Origin: a virus
IMG/VR virus record: IMGVR_UViG_3300045988_132172
Span: 1-12,431 of that record
DNA: 12,431 bases
Direction: 5' to 3' (one strand)
Part shown: in pieces, positions 1 to 7,288 of the stretch
Layout of the letters: each line of letters begins with the position of its first letter
How positions within the stretch are numbered: the first letter of the stretch is position 1
Notes under the pieces: model-generated
What the model was told of the DNA's origin: nothing
Database searches by the model: none
Seen by the model: the letters and a program-made list of their open reading frames with translations, nothing else
Made by a program: the position numbers and the translations under genes

Positions 1-176
1 GGCAAGACCAACCTGTGAACAAATTGTTAACATTTCCCCAATCTGTTCATATTTCGTTCATAATTGCAAAACTGGCATGAATCTTGCTAGGCAACTATAA
101 CATTAAATTGTCTGACAATATCATACAAAGTCTGTCACTTATTCTGTTGACGTTTTAGCTCATTTGAACTATAATA
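1..176. repeat. Left inverted terminal repeat (ITR-L) of a linear genome
   Basis: Bases 1-176 are the reverse complement of 12256-12431 except at one position (C132 faces A12300). Complementarity stops after 176/12256. ITRs at the exact window ends, together with a protein-primed PolB gene, indicate genome termini. Confidence 0.95.
147..175 (+). promoter_or_regulatory. ITR-embedded SigA/sigma-70-type promoter, left copy (points inward, antisense to all genes)
   Basis: TTGACG (147-152), 17-nt spacer, TATAAT (170-175) on the plus strand. It is sequence-identical to the right-end copy. No plus-strand gene follows it, so the sequence match is strong but function at this end is uncertain. Confidence 0.4.
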
Positions 177-177
177 A

Positions 178-199
178 TAGCCCAGCAAACGCTGGGCTA
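178..199 (-). terminator. Intrinsic-terminator-like hairpin after the last gene (possibly bidirectional)
   Basis: Perfect 9-bp stem TAGCCCAGC/GCTGGGCTA with a 4-nt loop, 8 nt beyond the TAA stop (208-210) of the appendage gene. On the minus strand it is followed by UUAUUAUAGUU; on the plus strand by CCUCUUAUUU. Confidence 0.6.
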
Positions 200-207
200 C
201 CTCTTAT

Positions 208-1464
208 TTACATCGTAATTGAACCCCTGTGAATCTGTACCTGTGTGACCTCTGTCAAAGTCCGGTAGTAGTGCTTGTCATCAGAAATATCATACAAGCT
301 TAAATAAATATTCCGACCTCGGAAATTAAGCTGTGCGGGGATATGATAAAAGTCACTTCCAGACTTAATAATCACGGTCGTTGGATAGCATGTATATCCA
401 TTGTGATCTCCAATAAAAGAAGTTGAAAAAATACGCCCCAAACGGTATTCAGTTCCATCACAGGTAAGTGTTCCGCTGTTTGGTAAACAAACATAGTTAC
501 CCCAGATCAGAGTACTTGTATTCTCATTGTACGAACTAACAATTGCCCAACTTGATCCAAAAGTAGGTGAAAAGTCACCATTTTCAAAGTTTGCAGTAAC
601 TTCATAAAATGACGGGCTGCAAGCCCCTGTTTCAACAGCAGTAGCAAGATAGCTTGCAAGTCTCTCCTGTCCTGTTATGTTTGGATGGAAGCCATCAGAA
701 CCCAGAAAGCCATCAGCATGGAGAATATAGTCTGACCCTGTCAAATACCGCCAATTCTTTCTCTGGGTGTTATAAACGGATTTTGCAATCTTGAGCCTAT
801 TCTGTACATTTGGGTCATCTGTCCGATCTACTGACCATGCTACCATAGCGGAAAATACTTTTGCATTCGGAAATCTTGCGTCCGCAGCACCCATAAAAGC
901 GTTGATTCCAGTTTCAATGTCTGAATAGCTTCCGAACTCATTAAATCCCCCTACTACAAGAATCTGTTTGACATCCGCAGAAGCTGGCACAGCATTTAGC
1001 AACATAAGAAATGAATTAGCAGCTGTTGAGAAAGATGCACCCCCATTTGCGGAAATGGTTACGTCTTCAAGCCCTGTGTACTTGATAAAGTTAGTAGTCC
1101 AGGGGGTTATCTTACCCTCCGGAGTATAACCAACAGTGTAGCTGTCTCCGATTATGATAGTTTTCCCGGAATGGTCAAAAAGTCCTTCTTTTTTCTGTAA
1201 CTTTGTGATTTCAGCTGTATTTGTTCCTACTTGCTCTTTTAATGGCTCAATCTGTTCGTTGATTACTTTTGTAGTAGCTTCATTTACTACTTTTCCGATC
1301 TCTCCATCATCCAGACTTTTCTGGATGGCATCATCAATCATAGTCTGAGCGGTGTCTTTTATATGTGTCCATTCCTCATGATCTTTGTCTGCCTGTTTGC
1401 CAACTTTAAGCAACCAGTCTAAATTCATGTCCTGCATAGAACTATGTGGGTATCTGAAAACCAT
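208..1464 (-). CDS. Tail appendage / receptor-binding protein with an SGNH (GDSL) esterase domain
   Basis: 418-aa ORF with RBS TAAGGAGGAATAAATT before ATG 1464. The central domain has all four SGNH blocks: IIIGDSYT (I), ANGGASF (II), VGGFNEF (III) and SDGFHPN (V, DxxH). The N-terminus (YPHSSMQDMNLDWLL, then a charged heptad-rich stretch to about residue 95) looks like a virion anchor plus coiled-coil stalk. The last ~140 aa are beta-rich and may be a receptor-binding domain. It is the last gene, directly after the collar genes, in the position of phi29 gene 12. Confidence 0.75.
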   Translation of the reverse strand: MVFRYPHSSMQDMNLDWLLKVGKQADKDHEEWTHIKDTAQTMIDDAIQKSLDDGEIGKVVNEATTKVINEQIEPLKEQVGTNTAEITKLQKKEGLFDHSGKTIIIGDSYTVGYTPEGKITPWTTNFIKYTGLEDVTISANGGASFSTAANSFLMLLNAVPASADVKQILVVGGFNEFGSYSDIETGINAFMGAADARFPNAKVFSAMVAWSVDRTDDPNVQNRLKIAKSVYNTQRKNWRYLTGSDYILHADGFLGSDGFHPNITGQERLASYLATAVETGACSPSFYEVTANFENGDFSPTFGSSWAIVSSYNENTSTLIWGNYVCLPNSGTLTCDGTEYRLGRIFSTSFIGDHNGYTCYPTTVIIKSGSDFYHIPAQLNFRGRNIYLSLYDISDDKHYYRTLTEVTQVQIHRGSITM

Positions 1465-1477
1465 AATTTATTCCTCC

Positions 1478-2167
1478 TTAATAAGTTAATAAAAGCAGAT
1501 CCTGTGCAAAAAGACCTGTGCAATAGTCAATAAAGCTTTGTTTTCTCAACTCAAGCTCTGACTGAATCATCTGCTGAGAGGTAGTAACTCCAATATTGCC
1601 ATGAATACGCCCGGAGTGCTTATTCTGTCCGGTCTCCCGGCTTGTCTCACCCTTGCCATATTCAAATGTGTTTTTGTTTTCTCCGGAGCTTTGCACTGTT
1701 GTGCTACCACTGTACTCTGTAGTTGTTTTTTCGTTTGGGCTGTAGCTTGCATCATTAAAAGCACTGACTTCATTGGTAGCTGTATCTGCCCCAGAGTTTG
1801 TCGTAGTGGTTCCCTGCCCTGCTTCTGCCTTGTTTACATCCTGCCCGGAGCTTTGACTTGTTCGTGTCAGATCGGGGCTATCTGTCCATTCTTCATGACG
1901 GTCATAGTTTTCAATCGGTTCATAATTCGTTAATTCTAATACATTATAAACTTTTTCAATGCTACTTTTCCATTTCCTGCTCCATGCAGGAATAGCATTT
2001 TCATGCATAAAATCCCAGTCCGGATAAAGTGGTTCACAGTCCCCATAAGACAGAAGCAGACTATCGATAAAGTTCTGTTTGTCTGCTGATTCTGGGAATT
2101 CCATTTTATCAAATAAAATGTCATTCCATTCATAAAGCCCTGCTATCGTAACCTTATAAAGTGCCAT
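1478..2167 (-). CDS. Putative lower collar / tail tube protein (phi29 gp11 position)
   Basis: 229-aa ORF with RBS GGGGGTGAAAAGTT before ATG 2167, overlapping the connector gene by 14 nt. It lies directly downstream of the connector gene, as gene 11 does in phi29. It has an S/T/G/N-rich central segment and a C-terminal HGNIGVTTSQQM motif that I recall from collar proteins of small Gram-positive podophages. The call is mainly positional. Confidence 0.55.
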   Translation of the reverse strand: MALYKVTIAGLYEWNDILFDKMEFPESADKQNFIDSLLLSYGDCEPLYPDWDFMHENAIPAWSRKWKSSIEKVYNVLELTNYEPIENYDRHEEWTDSPDLTRTSQSSGQDVNKAEAGQGTTTTNSGADTATNEVSAFNDASYSPNEKTTTEYSGSTTVQSSGENKNTFEYGKGETSRETGQNKHSGRIHGNIGVTTSQQMIQSELELRKQSFIDYCTGLFAQDLLLLTY

Positions 2168-3074
2168 AACTTTTCACCCCCGCAGTTTCATAGTTTCTGA
2201 TCTTGACTGACAAATTCATTTCCGGATAAAGTCTATTTGTCATGTCAACCCCTGCTTGCATGGTTTCAAGCCATGTCGTAAGCCGTGTCACGGATTCTGC
2301 ATCATTTTTGCTTGTTTCAAGCACATTCAGACGTTCTTTTTTATCGGAACCAACAGACGGAATCCCTACTTCCGTGTCAAACTGATCCAGAAGTTTCTCA
2401 AACACCTCAATCAGCTCCGGTGCTATAAAGTTTTGCTTAAGATCCTTATTAAAACTTTCCCAGGCCTCCTGCTTGCTTCCCTGTCTGTCTTCTGTTTTTA
2501 TTGATACATCAAAAGCCTCAACTGGGTTACCAGCCTGTATGCTGTCATAGATTTTTTTCAATGTCTGAGCTGCTGCTTTGTTTTTGGCAGCTATCAGAAA
2601 TGCAAGTTTTGAGTTAAACACATTCATGTCAAAAGCAGATGCTACAAGTGCCAGTTTGTAGCTATAAAAGCCAATTATATCTCCAATACCGCAGAAAGTT
2701 GGTCTGAGATAGATGACAGAACAGTCTTTCCCAATTTCCATATCTTCTATTTCAATTGTAGCATTGCTTGCATACGTGTGTATGCTTGCTGTCGTTGGCT
2801 TAAAGTAAATATTGTACCCTGTCAGCATAGGGTATTGAGCAATTAACCCATAAAGATCTGTCTTTGTGATGCAAATATACCCCCCAAAAAGCAGGCAATA
2901 TTTGAAATAGTCAATATCAATACTTCCATTGTATGTGATGTCAAGAATAGAACAGACCCTCTCGTAAAGCATCCGATCAAATGTATCAGTATATAAGCTG
3001 TTGACTTTGATTCCGGATGGTTGGAAATAATTTGTGCAGATGTTGATCTTGTCAAAATTAACCGGTGTCCACAT
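2154..3074 (-). CDS. Head-tail connector (portal), phi29 gp10-like
   Basis: 306 aa (phi29 gp10 is about 309 aa) with RBS AAAAGGAGGAAAGAAAAAC before ATG 3074. By-eye similarity to remembered gp10 includes KKERLNVLETSKNDAES versus KKERMVTDEVSSNDEQIES, and NRLYPEMNLSVKIR versus NELYGLNVKVKFR. The helical middle region is comparable (AAKNKAAAQTLKKIYDSIQAGNPV versus [34 protein letters not shown]). Confidence 0.8.
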   Translation of the reverse strand: MWTPVNFDKINICTNYFQPSGIKVNSLYTDTFDRMLYERVCSILDITYNGSIDIDYFKYCLLFGGYICITKTDLYGLIAQYPMLTGYNIYFKPTTASIHTYASNATIEIEDMEIGKDCSVIYLRPTFCGIGDIIGFYSYKLALVASAFDMNVFNSKLAFLIAAKNKAAAQTLKKIYDSIQAGNPVEAFDVSIKTEDRQGSKQEAWESFNKDLKQNFIAPELIEVFEKLLDQFDTEVGIPSVGSDKKERLNVLETSKNDAESVTRLTTWLETMQAGVDMTNRLYPEMNLSVKIRNYETAGVKSYGTL

Positions 3075-3091
3075 GTTTTTCTTTCCTCCTT

Positions 3092-4435
3092 TTATTCAAA
3101 ATAAAATCCATTATTTAGGTAGCTGTTCACCTGTTCTTGATCTCCCTCGAATCCTGCAATCTGGATAGATGCATTCCGGCATTTTACAAAACCACTCAGT
3201 GCAGAAATACTGCGGACAGTACCATCTATATAACCCTCACTTGTGCCATCTGGATCTATGCTTGTGCAAGCATAGCAGATACTGTTTGCATCCATGTTGT
3301 TGAGTATCGAGGAAATATTGCCAACCGTACCTACCATGTTGGGCTCTGGGGCTGTAACACTTTGAAATGCATCTACAATGCTTGTGCTTGCCTTAATTGG
3401 ATTCATTGTGACAGCACTTGTGGCTGTATCTAACAAGCTTGTCGTAAGCTGGCCAATGTTTGTTGTGGCATATCCAATCTGTACCGGAACAGCAAGCTGA
3501 CATTGGAAGTGTGCATATTCATCAGATCCGGAAGTGAGCCAAACATCAGCCATGCCTGATACAGCATCAAAGTTATAAGTAGCTTTTAACTGCCCTTTAT
3601 GTGTCTTTGTTGGATTGATAGGGATAACACCCACAAATGGTAATTTGACAGTATACTTTGAAAAACTAGCATTGTAATAGCGGAAATCTGTATCAGCATA
3701 TAAGGGGTTACCAAGGCTTAAATCATAAGAAAAAGTGCATGTTGCATCATTAATTAATGCAGCAGTTACATTGCTGTCCCAGTAGCCAAGTTTGATAGTA
3801 TCGGTGATATTCAAGAATGAGCTTAACCGGAATGGCAGCCATTTTAAGTCTACGATATACTGAAATGGATTGAAAAGCAACCGTGTAAGTGCTGAGTCAA
3901 TCACGTCTGGAATTGATCCATACGTGTACATGAATTTCATCAGATCATCTAATTGGCTTCCTCTGACATAATAAGTGCTTATCCCCTCTACTGAAATAGT
4001 CCGTAGCAGATAGTTTCTAGCATACCCATTCACAAACGTGTTTATCGGCAGTCCAACTATCGTAGACTGGCTTACCCAGTCATTTGTAGGAATGTACATA
4101 CTGTCATTGGCAAGCGTAGTCTGCTTAGCAGACCGATCAATGAAGCATGTATAGTTGCTGATCTCTGTCCGATAGGTAGCTAACACATCCTCACTCGCTG
4201 ATATCTCAACCATTTCATTATTTAAAGACAATGTTGAATTGATAAAATAGTAATGGTCAGCCCATTTCAGATAGTTGAATTGCAATGCAATATCCAATGA
4301 CAATTTTAATTTAAACACTGGATTCTGAAACGTGGTGTTTGATTTTAAAAGACAGGGGGCAACTGTCCCCTGTCCTGTCGGTCTTTTTGTACTGTTTTTT
4401 CGTTTGGAAAAATGGAATAAGATAATCTCTGTCAT
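3092..4435 (-). CDS. Tail knob / distal tail protein, phi29 gp9-like
   Basis: The ORF track gives 3092..4477 starting at TTG. I prefer ATG 4435 (MTEIILFHFSKRKNST..., 447 aa), which forms an ATGA overlap with the endolysin stop and matches where gp9-like N-termini begin. The N-terminal region (NYLKWADHYYFINS...EDVLATY) and the C-terminal end (GFVKCRNASIQIAGFEGDQEQVNSYLNNGFYFE) resemble remembered phi29 gp9 segments. It sits directly upstream of the connector gene, as in phi29. Confidence 0.65.
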   Translation of the reverse strand: MTEIILFHFSKRKNSTKRPTGQGTVAPCLLKSNTTFQNPVFKLKLSLDIALQFNYLKWADHYYFINSTLSLNNEMVEISASEDVLATYRTEISNYTCFIDRSAKQTTLANDSMYIPTNDWVSQSTIVGLPINTFVNGYARNYLLRTISVEGISTYYVRGSQLDDLMKFMYTYGSIPDVIDSALTRLLFNPFQYIVDLKWLPFRLSSFLNITDTIKLGYWDSNVTAALINDATCTFSYDLSLGNPLYADTDFRYYNASFSKYTVKLPFVGVIPINPTKTHKGQLKATYNFDAVSGMADVWLTSGSDEYAHFQCQLAVPVQIGYATTNIGQLTTSLLDTATSAVTMNPIKASTSIVDAFQSVTAPEPNMVGTVGNISSILNNMDANSICYACTSIDPDGTSEGYIDGTVRSISALSGFVKCRNASIQIAGFEGDQEQVNSYLNNGFYFE

Positions 4436-5082
4436 GATAGATAAATATCTCCCTTTGCCGTGATTGCACATATCCAACCGGATGGAATCCTAACCCACGT
4501 TGCACCAACCTCATCCTTTTTGACATCTTTTACCGTGACTGTGGTTCCTTTTTTCAAGCATCCATCTGAATAAGCATGTTTCATGCCATCCATTGTCAGT
4601 TGTGCATACTTTTTGATCTGACCCCATACACTATAGCGTACATGTAAGTGATCTACGACAGTGGTATAAGTATGACCTATTTCATAAGATGGAGTTTTTC
4701 CCTCCCATACCCTGCGTATGCAATATAAGTCGGACCTACGACTTACAAGGCTTTTGACTACGCCAACCCCAGGATTGTATGGGGTGTTTTTTCTACCGCC
4801 TCTACTCTCAATCATATAGCCGTTACCAATAAAAATGGCACAATGTGTCACAGGAGATCCAAAGAACAGGAAATCACCGGGTCTCTCCTGACCAATGGGG
4901 ATCATTTCACCCATGTTTGCATAAGTTGCTGCATTATATCGCCCAACGTCTGAACCTGCTGTCCTCTGGACACAGTAAAGCAGTCCGGAACAGTCAAGTC
5001 CTTGTGCAGGTGTTGAACCACCCCACACATAAGGAGTACCAATTAAATTATGAGCATATACTAGAATTTGATTTGATGTCAT
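4432..5082 (-). CDS. Endolysin: NlpC/P60 cysteine peptidase plus C-terminal SH3b-like wall-binding domain
   Basis: 216 aa. NlpC/P60 signatures are YVWGG...GLDCSGL (catalytic Cys) and THCAIFIGNGYMIES (His). The C-terminal ~70 aa (HLHVRYS...GTTVTVKDV...WVRIPSGWI) follow an SH3b-like pattern. It lies immediately downstream of the holin gene. Confidence 0.85.
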   Translation of the reverse strand: MTSNQILVYAHNLIGTPYVWGGSTPAQGLDCSGLLYCVQRTAGSDVGRYNAATYANMGEMIPIGQERPGDFLFFGSPVTHCAIFIGNGYMIESRGGRKNTPYNPGVGVVKSLVSRRSDLYCIRRVWEGKTPSYEIGHTYTTVVDHLHVRYSVWGQIKKYAQLTMDGMKHAYSDGCLKKGTTVTVKDVKKDEVGATWVRIPSGWICAITAKGDIYLS

Positions 5083-5089
5083 TTTACAC

Positions 5090-5314
5090 CTACTTTCCTA
5101 ATTGCTCAATTAATATGTTCATCTTTTCCAAAGCAAGCGTGTTATTTTTTATCACTTCGGAGAGTGTATCAACTTCGCTTTTATGATCCTCATTAAGCTT
5201 GTCAACTCTTGCGTTCGTCTGATCGTACATGTATTTTACAAAGTAGGCCATCATGCAACAGCAGACGATCGGAAACGCATAATTTCCGAGAATAGTTAAG
5301 AATGTATCCATCAT
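5090..5314 (-). CDS. Holin, BhlA/UviB-like (single N-terminal TM helix plus coiled-coil tail)
   Basis: 74 aa with RBS GGGAGGTTACATAACA before ATG 5314. A hydrophobic N-terminus (FLTILGNYAFPIVCCCMMAYFV) is followed by a charged helical tail (DKLNEDHKSEVDTLSEVIKNNTLALEKMNILIEQL), which is the BhlA/UviB architecture. It sits directly upstream of the endolysin. Confidence 0.7.
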   Translation of the reverse strand: MMDTFLTILGNYAFPIVCCCMMAYFVKYMYDQTNARVDKLNEDHKSEVDTLSEVIKNNTLALEKMNILIEQLGK

Positions 5315-5316
5315 TG

Positions 5317-5628
5317 TTATGTAACCTCCCTTTTTTCAAAGTAATTCACATTTACAAAAGTGCTTGTTTCTATCATAACCCTACCTGTGCTATTACCAAT
5401 CACAGAAATAAAGAAACATGATGGGGCTGGAAATCCGTACGGCGTTTCCGGAAAAGTAAAATCAACAAGCTCCGTTTTTGCCAATAAAACAGGACTATTA
5501 TCAGTTAACATTAACCCAGTAGCAGAGTCGGGATCCCCATTATTTAAAATCACAATCCTTTTTATGCCTACTGTATCATCCAACGGAAGCAGAGTAGGCG
5601 TATCGACTGTTACGTCAAAATAAATCAT
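5317..5628 (-). CDS. Hypothetical beta-rich protein (positional analogue of phi29 gene 8.5; function unknown)
   Basis: 103 aa. The ATG overlaps the capsid gene stop by 1 nt (TAATG). No motif recognised. It is coding-like and tightly coupled to the major capsid gene. Confidence 0.6.
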   Translation of the reverse strand: MIYFDVTVDTPTLLPLDDTVGIKRIVILNNGDPDSATGLMLTDNSPVLLAKTELVDFTFPETPYGFPAPSCFFISVIGNSTGRVMIETSTFVNVNYFEKREVT

Positions 5629-6824
5629 TATACTCCCTCCCCCAATACATACAGAATCGCATTGTGTGTGAAGTTATTCCAAGCGTTGAAACGGTAATGG
5701 TCAAAGATGTTGTAATATCCACCTGCTGCATTGAATGGCGTAGCTGCCGAGTACATCCATTGGTTATTCACTCCCATTGCTCTACGATCATATAAAAGAC
5801 CAAGTACATAAGGAAGACTTACCGCTGTCGTGTCTGTTTTTGAAACCCCATCAGCATCAATGATGTTTGGCTTAATATTGATCGCTGGGCTATCGAACTC
5901 CTGCCAGCCGTTTACCAACTCTTTGTCAGCGATTTTAAGCTGCTCATCAGAAAAGACAGTCGGGAATACCTGTGTTTCAGAATCAATCCAGAAATCAGTG
6001 TACATAAGCAGTTTCTGATTCTCCGGTCTAGAGAATCTCAAGATCTCTTTCCCAGTCAGATTCATGTGATATTTTGTTGTGCGGTCCTGCATTTTTTTCG
6101 AATCTTTCTTGATTCTGGCAACCACAAAAGCCATGAAGTCTCTGTGATGCTCCGGGCTTAAAAGCTGCTTTCTTGTCAGCTCTGTACCATATGCTGTATT
6201 GTACTCCTTTACCAGATCCACCTCATTTGTGCCAAGTGATGAGATACCAGCCATAAAGTTAAGCACCGTCATTCTGCGTTTTGCTTCATTTCTGGATTCA
6301 ATATCGTTGTAGTAAGCAGTCATATAGCTACTTACAAACATGAGAAACTCTGCTTCGTTGGAGAAAGCAAGTGCCAGCTGATCACGGAAACGTGTGACAT
6401 GAGATTGTAACACCTTGCTTCCGTAGAATTTCAACTCTACTACTTTCGGGGCATTGATCTTATACATATCGACAGATTGACCATCAGCAAGCTGGTTTTC
6501 ATTCAAATCTGTATTCCAATCCTGGGATGCTTCTGCATCTAATGGAAGTGAAATAATCTCACGTGTGATGGCCCCCCATCGCTCATTATTCTCAATGATG
6601 GATCGGAACACTCCGGATCTGTATTTTTCCATTTCAAAATAAGTACGTCCACACCACTGACTGAGTGCTTTCAAGGTAGACTCTACACCCGTCCGAAGCA
6701 TTGTCTCTCCGACAGCCACAAAAGAACTTGTATCTACTGCTTTGATGTTCTCCCTTCCGGTAGCCATCTTGTACAGGTCATTAATGATTAAATAGGCATC
6801 CTGTACGACTAAACTATTTGCCAT
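5628..6824 (-). CDS. Major capsid protein, phi29 gp8-like (HK97 fold), without a C-terminal Ig-like domain
   Basis: 398 aa with RBS TAAGGGGGGTAATAGAAA before ATG 6824. By-eye matches to remembered gp8 include FLMFVSSYMTAYYNDIE versus FESFVSSIINAIYNSAE, and the C-terminal GGYYNIFDHYRFNAWNNFTHNAILY versus [25 protein letters not shown]. The protein ends where the gp8 BIG2 domain would begin. Confidence 0.8.
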   Translation of the reverse strand: MANSLVVQDAYLIINDLYKMATGRENIKAVDTSSFVAVGETMLRTGVESTLKALSQWCGRTYFEMEKYRSGVFRSIIENNERWGAITREIISLPLDAEASQDWNTDLNENQLADGQSVDMYKINAPKVVELKFYGSKVLQSHVTRFRDQLALAFSNEAEFLMFVSSYMTAYYNDIESRNEAKRRMTVLNFMAGISSLGTNEVDLVKEYNTAYGTELTRKQLLSPEHHRDFMAFVVARIKKDSKKMQDRTTKYHMNLTGKEILRFSRPENQKLLMYTDFWIDSETQVFPTVFSDEQLKIADKELVNGWQEFDSPAINIKPNIIDADGVSKTDTTAVSLPYVLGLLYDRRAMGVNNQWMYSAATPFNAAGGYYNIFDHYRFNAWNNFTHNAILYVLGEGV

Positions 6825-6839
6825 TTTCTATTACCCCCC

Positions 6840-7175
6840 TTAATTCATGAGTTTCATGAGATCGTCTGCTACGTTCTCAGAAGTTCGCGGTGCTGATCCA
6901 CTTTTTCCAGATGCTGACAGGTTACCAGCTTGTAACGTAGCGGTCAAAGTATTGATTGCTGTCAGCAGAGCCGCATTGGTTGCATCCTGTCCTGTCTGTG
7001 CTGTCAGATTCAGTGGAGTATTTGCAACCTGCTGACCCAGATTCTGAATCTGTTCTGTACCATGTGGGCTTGTGATCTGATTAAGCCCAGTCATGTTCTG
7101 AGCGTTCAGAATTCCAATGATCTCATTTTTTGAAAATCCAAGTTTACCAAGTTCTAAAATCTGATCTACTTTCAT
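6840..7175 (-). CDS. Putative scaffolding protein (phi29 gp7 position)
   Basis: 111 aa with RBS AAAAGGAGATAAAA before ATG 7175. It is Q/N/T/A-rich, probably helical or disordered, with a charged C-terminal end (ENVADDLMKLMN). It lies immediately upstream of the capsid gene. The call is positional only. Confidence 0.45.
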   Translation of the reverse strand: MKVDQILELGKLGFSKNEIIGILNAQNMTGLNQITSPHGTEQIQNLGQQVANTPLNLTAQTGQDATNAALLTAINTLTATLQAGNLSASGKSGSAPRTSENVADDLMKLMN

Positions 7176-7198
7176 TTTTATCTCCTTTTCTGCCGGAA

Positions 7199-7284
7199 TT
7201 GAAAAAATTAAAATAGGTCAACGCTTCCGGGTTATCATCCCATGGCATCCGCTTCCGGCGGTAGATGTAGCCGCGTTGACCTAT
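7199..7284 (-). terminator. Branched 72-nt hairpin plus U-tract: intrinsic terminator of the early unit and/or a small structured RNA
   Basis: A perfect 12-bp closing stem joins ATAGGTCAACGC (7213-7224) to GCGTTGACCTAT (7273-7284) and encloses 48 nt. The enclosed region can form two small hairpins on the minus-strand RNA (CCGC-CGGAA-GCGG and GGG-AUGAUAA-CCC). On the minus strand the structure is followed by UUUAAUUUUUUCAA (7212-7199). It lies in the only large intergenic gap, between the ATPase and scaffold genes. Confidence 0.55.
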
Positions 7285-7288
7285 CTCT

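Noticed and set aside
4436-4477. TTG 4477 / ATG 4471 extension of the tail knob ORF, overlapping the endolysin by 46 nt
   Set aside because: There is no convincing RBS for either start. ATG 4435 gives an ATGA stop-start junction and an N-terminus of the kind seen in gp9-like proteins. This remains somewhat uncertain.
7176-7262. Small alternative-frame ORF starting at the ATG inside the hairpin region (MPWDDNPEALTYFNFF...) as a leader peptide
   Set aside because: It has only a weak and badly spaced RBS, it runs through the terminator stem and out of frame into the scaffold gene, and nothing supports its translation.
7213-7284. The 72-nt hairpin as a tRNA (its length is tRNA-like)
   Set aside because: The closing stem is 12 bp rather than a 7-bp acceptor. 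I found no D-arm, anticodon-arm and T-arm layout and no GTTC-type T-loop on either strand.
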